From: an uncultured cyanobacterium
GTDB lineage: Bacteria; Cyanobacteriota; Cyanobacteriia; Cyanobacteriales; Microcystaceae
Assembly (NCBI GenBank): GCA_963807635.1
Contig: CAWEDJ010000054.1
Location: 1 to 13,916 of the forward strand
Reading direction: 5' to 3'
DNA: 13,916 nt
Position numbers and translations under genes: made by a program. Below are positions 9,081-13,916 of this stretch, in pieces. The notes below the pieces were generated by a model that was not told the origin of the DNA, did no database searches, and was given only the letters and a program-made list of their open reading frames with translations. How positions within the stretch are numbered: position 1 is the first letter of the stretch; the number at the start of each line of letters is the position of its first letter.

Positions 9081-10445
9081 ATGGCTATTGCAACCATCAA
9101 TCCCACCACAGGCGAGATCATTCAAACCTTTACCGCCCACAGTCCAGAAACCGTTAATGCCAAATTAGCATTGGCACAAAAAGCCTTTGAAAACTATCGC
9201 AATCTGCCCATTAGTCAACGGGGTCAATGGTTAAATAAGGCCGCCGATATTTTGGAACAACGTCAACAGGAATTCGCCCAATTGATGACCCTCGAAATGG
9301 GAAAACCTATCAAACAGGCGATCGCGGAAGTCAAGAAATCCGCCCTGGGTTGTCGATTTTATGCCCAACAAGCCGAGGCTTTTTTACAAGATGAAATCGT
9401 CACGACAGATGCCCAAAAAAGCTTTATTCGTTACCAACCGCTAGGGGCAATTTTGGCGGTTATGCCCTGGAATTTTCCCTTTTGGCAAGTGTTTCGCTTT
9501 GCCGCTCCTGCACTGATGGCGGGCAATGTGGGGATTTTAAAACACGCCTCCAATGTTCCCCAGTGTGCCTTGAAAATAGAAGAAATTTTTCGAGATGCAG
9601 GTTTTCCTGAAGGGGTTTTTCAAACGATTTTAATTAGTGGAGCCGAAGCCTCTGCCCTGATGGCCGACGCTCGCATTAAGGCCGCCGCTTTAACAGGCAG
9701 TGAAATGGCAGGTTCCAGTTTAGCCAGTGCCGCAGGGAAACAAATTAAAAAAACGGTTTTGGAATTAGGTGGCAGTGATCCTTTTATTGTCATGGAAAGT
9801 GCGGATTTAGAAATGGCCGCGAGTGTGGCAGTTACGGCTCGGATGCAAAATAATGGCCAATCTTGCATTGCGTCTAAACGTTTTATTGTGCAGGAGTCGG
9901 TCAGCGATCGCTTTTTTGCGTTATTAACCGAAAAATTTCAATCTCTCAAAGTCGGCGATCCCAATGAAGAAACCACCGATATTGGCCCCCTAGCAACGGC
10001 AGACATTTTAAATGATATTGAAAAACAAGTCGAACAAACCCTAAAAGCAGGGGCAAAATTACAATTAGGCGGAAAATGTTTAGAAGGCGCGGGTTACTTT
10101 TATCCGCCCACTCTGTTAACCGATATTCCCCCAACAGCGAGTACCTATCGAGAAGAATTTTTTGGCCCCGTTGCCCTCGGTTTTCGAGTGAAAAATCTGG
10201 AGGAAGCGATCGCCCTGGCGAATGATATTCCCTTTGGTCTGGGAGCTTGTGCCTGGACAAATGATCCCCAGGAACAGGAAAAATTAATCAACGAAATTGA
10301 AGCAGGGGCGGTGTTTATTAATAGTATGGTTAAATCCGATCCCCGTATTCCCTTTGGCGGCATTAAGCGATCGGGTTACGGTCGAGAATTAGGCAGAATG
10401 GGAATTTTGGAATTTGTGAATGCTAAAACGATGTGGATTCAATAG
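9081..10445 (+). CDS. gabD: NAD(P)-dependent succinate-semialdehyde dehydrogenase
   Basis: ALDH motifs VMPWNFP, LKHASNVP, LTGS, LELGGSDP (catalytic E), NNGQSC (catalytic C), EEFFGP, PFGGIKRSGYGRE; SSADH/Sad subfamily. Confidence 0.88.
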   Translation: MAIATINPTTGEIIQTFTAHSPETVNAKLALAQKAFENYRNLPISQRGQWLNKAADILEQRQQEFAQLMTLEMGKPIKQAIAEVKKSALGCRFYAQQAEAFLQDEIVTTDAQKSFIRYQPLGAILAVMPWNFPFWQVFRFAAPALMAGNVGILKHASNVPQCALKIEEIFRDAGFPEGVFQTILISGAEASALMADARIKAAALTGSEMAGSSLASAAGKQIKKTVLELGGSDPFIVMESADLEMAASVAVTARMQNNGQSCIASKRFIVQESVSDRFFALLTEKFQSLKVGDPNEETTDIGPLATADILNDIEKQVEQTLKAGAKLQLGGKCLEGAGYFYPPTLLTDIPPTASTYREEFFGPVALGFRVKNLEEAIALANDIPFGLGACAWTNDPQEQEKLINEIEAGAVFINSMVKSDPRIPFGGIKRSGYGRELGRMGILEFVNAKTMWIQ

Positions 10446-10481
10446 GAGCGATAAAAGAACGATTACCCTATAGCTATTTAG

Positions 10482-11891
10482 CGCTGTTCTATCAATCTAG
10501 GCAGAAGATAGATAGAAATCACGCGGAAAAATCATCTCCAACAGAGAATTTGTTAGTTTACTTAACTGGAAGAATAGACGACAAAATACTCGCAGTATTT
10601 GAGGAGTAAAAATCACGACTAACCAAGATTTAAGCAGATTGAAGTAACATAATGGCTGAATAAACAATCGTAAATTATTGAGGGTATTTTTCCAGCCCTT
10701 TCCCTTATTCCATTTTGGGTGTTTCTGCATTTCTTCTTGAGCAGATTCAGCTAATGTATCAGGAGGTTTTCTGGATTTGTTCAAGGCTTCTGATTGAAGA
10801 CTCACCATTAAGTAAGCACTCATGACCAGTTCCCACCACTTTTCAATTTTTTTATATTCTGTTACTCGAAAATCTGCCCATCCTAATTCATTTTTACTTT
10901 GCTTTAAACCGTACTCTACCCAATTTCTTACTCCGTACAAGTTACCAACTTCTTTATATTTAATGTTGGCTACTTTTGTCATAATATAGAAAGTGGAGTT
11001 CGGTGGTAGCGTTTCTGTATTATCTGTTACTTGCCAATATATTATTTCTCTTTTTTTACCGAATATAATCTCTCTTATATATCTGATTTCTTTCTTTCCT
11101 GTTGAGAATATTCTGGTGAACTCTCTCCATTTATTACATCTTACTTTTTGCTCAGGTGCCAACCATAATCCGTGATTACTCCGAATCGCTAGCACAAAGT
11201 CTAGTTTTTCTTTTTCTAAGATACTAACAAAATTATTCTCACTTTCACCATATTCACTATCTGCTAATACGATTTTAATTTTAAATCCTAACTCTTTCAG
11301 CTTTTTAATCATTTCTCCTGCAATTTTTAGCTTACTTTTGTATTCATCTCCTTCTTTTAATCTTGACTTTGGTTTGTACACTTCACTTAATAAGGGGAAT
11401 GTCATTCCTCTTATTACGCCATAGGCTGTTACTGCCACTATTCCATTTTCTATCTTTCCTAGATTTCCTATGTATTGTCTCTTCACATAATCTGTTTTAT
11501 TCCCTTTTTTTCTATCTCCTGTTTCGTCTATAATTACCATTATTTCCTCCTCTTTTACTTCATTTAAAATTAACTTTAATCTTCTCTTTCTTACTTCCTC
11601 TACTGACCACTCTGATTTTCCTATAAAATAATCTATTCCCTGACTATTTTCTAGCCCCGCTACTTCCGCTATTGCTGGAAATGTCTTTCTTTTTTTCTCT
11701 GATATTAATCCCAAGTGCAGATATTTAAAATATTCATAACTTCTCACTTCTGGGAATAAGTCTCTATACACTTCACAGTATTCATCAATGAATTTCACTG
11801 TTTCTTGCGCTACCCGTGGCTTAACCATATACCACCTACCTCTTTCAGGGCTTTTTCTTAATTATAACTCTCCTTCTCTGATAGAACAGCG
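10482..11891 (-). mobile_element. Complete IS701-family element (1410 bp)
   Basis: Perfect 13-bp IRs CGCTGTTCTATCA (10482-10494) / TGATAGAACAGCG (11879-11891); flanks TTAG / TTAT. Confidence 0.92.
10497..11828 (-). CDS. IS701-family transposase
   Basis: IIDETGDRKKG...VKRQYIGNLGKIENGIVAV, VLADSEYG, RNWVEYGLKQSKNELGWADF. Confidence 0.95.
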   Translation of the reverse strand: MVKPRVAQETVKFIDEYCEVYRDLFPEVRSYEYFKYLHLGLISEKKRKTFPAIAEVAGLENSQGIDYFIGKSEWSVEEVRKRRLKLILNEVKEEEIMVIIDETGDRKKGNKTDYVKRQYIGNLGKIENGIVAVTAYGVIRGMTFPLLSEVYKPKSRLKEGDEYKSKLKIAGEMIKKLKELGFKIKIVLADSEYGESENNFVSILEKEKLDFVLAIRSNHGLWLAPEQKVRCNKWREFTRIFSTGKKEIRYIREIIFGKKREIIYWQVTDNTETLPPNSTFYIMTKVANIKYKEVGNLYGVRNWVEYGLKQSKNELGWADFRVTEYKKIEKWWELVMSAYLMVSLQSEALNKSRKPPDTLAESAQEEMQKHPKWNKGKGWKNTLNNLRLFIQPLCYFNLLKSWLVVIFTPQILRVFCRLFFQLSKLTNSLLEMIFPRDFYLSSA

Positions 11892-11892
11892 T

Positions 11893-12013
11893 TATGATGG
11901 TGATGAATATAAATTAGCTCAAGTCTGGGAAGCTATCTACATCACACAAATAGCCGCAACAGCCACAATTCGTTATTATGCAGGCCGCGATATGCGTTCT
12001 ACATTTTTTTCAA
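11893..12013 (+). pseudogene. Unidentified ORF remnant between IS701 and IS256
   Basis: Stop-free YDGDEYKLAQVWEAIYITQIAATATIRYYAGRDMRSTFFS, closing K* at 13405-13409 once IS256 is removed; no start codon; family not recognised. Confidence 0.35.
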
Positions 12014-13396
12014 GTTAGTGTCATGAATTATTCGCGTAGTTTCTACGGTCATGTTTAGCATGGTCACGCTCAACAACAAGCCAAAAGAGAGCTAGACAAC
12101 TAGTTTCGTTAGGAAAAGCCCCAATTTCATCAGACTTAGTGCGAAACTCTCGAAATAGGCGTTCGAGATGGTTAGTCGTGCGAAGATGTCGGTGCAAAGA
12201 GTCATCAAATTGGTAGAAGGTGAAGGTCAACTCAATATCTTTGAGAAAGGTACGAACTGCATCTGGTTCAATCGGTTGCCATTTCTCCTCAAAGGCTTTT
12301 AAAAGTGATTGAGCATCGGAGACTTGAGGGGCTTGATAAATCTTGTAAGCATCAGAAGTGATCTCGAAGGAACGTTGTTTTCGTGCCTCTTTCGGTTTCA
12401 GAGAGCAGCCAGCAGCAGTTACCGAAGGTAGATAGCAATAGTTAAGGTGACGCTCAATTCCTCTAATTTTGTGAGTAATACAGAGTTGTTGTTGAGCCAA
12501 AGGGAAACATTTCTTCATGGCGGAGGGTAATCCCAAACTACCGTCACTGCCTAGTAATTCGAGATGATTCGGGTTTAGTCCCCGTCTTATCAAGCTCTCA
12601 AATACCTTTGTCCAAGCGGCTTCACTCTCCGTTTCAGCTACTTCGTAGTGGATTAATTCCTGCGAACCATCTTCCCAGATTGCCATTACTGCCAACACCA
12701 CACGCTTTTCTGCTTGCCGACATTGCCTTAAATGTCCCGATTCGTCTTCTTTGAACTCCCCAGCCATTGTGTACTGAATCTCTACCCAGACTCCATCCAC
12801 TAAAATCATCTTGGGGATTCTGACCAGAGGAACCTGTCTTTTACTTTCTAGTTGTTTCTGAACATTAAGAGTAATCTGGTTCACCGCACTTACCGATAGT
12901 ACTTTTCCTAATATCAAATATAAAGCCTCCTGCAAATCTCGTAAGGATAGCCCCATCACATAGAGAACACACATCCAATCCAGTAAATTTCCTAGACTTC
13001 GCTGATATCTTTCTAAAATCTGCCATTCTCTTTCTTTATTCCCCTCTCTTAATTTGGGGACGGCTAAATCACTTATCTGTCCATATTGAGTGTTTACTCC
13101 ACGATAATAGTACCCAGAGCGATACGTTTTTTTCTCTCTTGCTTTGATAAATTCTGTCACTTCTTCCTTCAAGGCACTTTCTAAAACCGTTTTGACCGTA
13201 TCCACCACTTCTGTCTTTAACTTTGAGGTTAAGGCTTCGTTTAGTTGAGGATGAAAACCTTGCTGTCTCACACGCAGGATTTGTTTTTCTCGCTCGGCTA
13301 TACTCATCACTAGAATCCTTTCCAATCTTTTTTATTCTCTTGTTTTACACCTTTTCATACCATTTTCTACCTGCGCGAATAAATAAAGACACTAAC
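12014..13396 (-). mobile_element. Complete IS256-family element (1383 bp)
   Basis: Imperfect IRs GTTAGTGTCatgaaTTATTCGCG / GTTAGTGTCtttatTTATTCGCG (reverse complement); perfect 8-bp TSD TTTTTCAA at 12006-12013 and 13397-13404. Confidence 0.95.
12021..13307 (-). CDS. IS256 (Mutator) family transposase
   Basis: YRSGYY.R...VPKLR, LYVMGLSLRD, ILVDG, SDG, QQLCITH, LRTTNHLERLFREFR...GAFPN. Start placed at ATG 13307 (alternative TTG 13325); the stop lies inside the IR. Confidence 0.93.
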   Translation of the reverse strand: MSIAEREKQILRVRQQGFHPQLNEALTSKLKTEVVDTVKTVLESALKEEVTEFIKAREKKTYRSGYYYRGVNTQYGQISDLAVPKLREGNKEREWQILERYQRSLGNLLDWMCVLYVMGLSLRDLQEALYLILGKVLSVSAVNQITLNVQKQLESKRQVPLVRIPKMILVDGVWVEIQYTMAGEFKEDESGHLRQCRQAEKRVVLAVMAIWEDGSQELIHYEVAETESEAAWTKVFESLIRRGLNPNHLELLGSDGSLGLPSAMKKCFPLAQQQLCITHKIRGIERHLNYCYLPSVTAAGCSLKPKEARKQRSFEITSDAYKIYQAPQVSDAQSLLKAFEEKWQPIEPDAVRTFLKDIELTFTFYQFDDSLHRHLRTTNHLERLFREFRTKSDEIGAFPNETSCLALFWLVVERDHAKHDRRNYANNS

Positions 13397-13471
13397 TTTT
13401 TCAAAGTAAAAATATCTCCGCTTTAGTGAAAAAAATTACCTATTTTGTTTTTTCGTTACTAATAAAAATAT

Positions 13472-13492
13472 TCCCCCTAGCCCCCCTTTGAA
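13472..13492. repeat. Left half of a REP-like palindrome, truncated at the loop
   Basis: TCCCCCTAGCCCCCCTTTGAA parallels the C-rich arm at 8924-8953; the G-rich arm is absent. Confidence 0.6.
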
Positions 13493-13889
13493 CTGGACGT
13501 TCGCTGATTTGCGAGTGGTGTCAGGGATTTAAGTCTTGTGCGGTCTGAGATGTAGCTGATAGAGAGACTCTGGTATTTTCATGAGTGAAAGGATCTGTAG
13601 CTGAAGAGGTGAAAGTGGTATAACGAAAATACGGTCATTGGGCAGAAAATAAAGACTGAGGTGAGAAAAAGCCTTGAGAAGTTGCTCTGTTGAAGGACGG
13701 GCAGTGGCTCGTTTGGGATTACCATCATAGAGACCAGCCAAAGATTGTTGAGCGTTGTGTAGTGCCTGTCGGACAACAAACTCAATTAAGGTAAACACCC
13801 GCAAAGCAATGGTCAGCAAGAACATCAAGCCAGCAATGCGGTCTTGGTTCTGGAAATAGAGGGGCAGAGCGGGCAAGCGACCGCGCTTA
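13493..13889 (-). mobile_element. Right end of an IS1634-like element
   Basis: Transposase C-terminus plus 36 bp. Boundary at 13493 (CTGGACGTTCG) is inferred from the abrupt end of the repeat; the partner IR is outside the window. Confidence 0.65.
13529..13889 (-). pseudogene. IS1634-family transposase C-terminal fragment, interrupted by IS630
   Basis: KRGRLPALPLYFQNQDRIAGLMFLLTIALRVFTLIEFVVR...GLYDGNPKRATARPSTEQLLKAF...LSPLQLQILSLM; upstream of this lies an IS630 IR. Confidence 0.8.
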
Positions 13890-13916
13890 CAGCAATTTCC
13901 GATCAAACGCACCACG
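13890..13916 (-). mobile_element. Terminal IR of a second IS630-family element (continues beyond the window)
   Basis: TA (13888-13889) then CAGCAATTTCCGATCAAACGCACCACG, 24/27 identical to 763-789. Confidence 0.85.

Noticed and set aside
2991..11175. Short overlapping ORFs (2991, 5336, 5460, 5765, 6831, 7012, 7270, 8777, 8952, 9620, 9946, 10145, 10993)
   Set aside because: Antisense shadows of well-supported genes with no recognisable motifs.
11788..12018. 76-aa ORF as an intact gene
   Set aside because: Its start and first half lie inside the IS701 end and its stop inside the IS256 IR; only the middle might be a gene relic.
13223..13785. ORFs 13223-13426 and 13579-13785
   Set aside because: Overlap IS256 and IS1634 sequence in the wrong strand or frame; no protein-like features.
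13529..13915. 128-aa ORF as a complete gene
   Set aside because: The first residues (MVRLIGNCC) come from the IS630 IR; the rest is a transposase C-terminus.
1..13916. CRISPR array, tRNA, rRNA, riboswitch or T-box upstream of tyrS
   Set aside because: No regularly spaced repeats or cloverleaf seen; the tyrS upstream region is only 148 bp, shared with a divergent gene and lacks T-box motifs.

Overview
Cyanobacterial chromosomal DNA (at least 13 HIP1 GCGATCGC octamers; proteins resemble unicellular Synechocystis-like Chroococcales). A conserved core block (2577-10445: ctpC, ftsQ, ftsZ, lipid-A-disaccharide-synthase-related gene, tyrS, gabD-type SSADH) lies between two insertion-sequence clusters. 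Left: a partial DDE IS, a complete IS630, and a 146-bp MITE. The last two split a DUF4258-type toxin gene that can be rebuilt by hand, while its YgiT/MqsA-type zinc-finger partner is intact. Right: complete IS701- and IS256-family elements interrupting an unidentified ORF remnant, then an IS1634-like element apparently inserted into a REP-like palindrome and itself interrupted by a second IS630. I found no convincing wholly new biological system. The most interesting signals are the hidden multiply hit toxin gene, the MITE and the nested palindrome-targeted insertion. Family assignments come from motif recognition and memory, not database searches.
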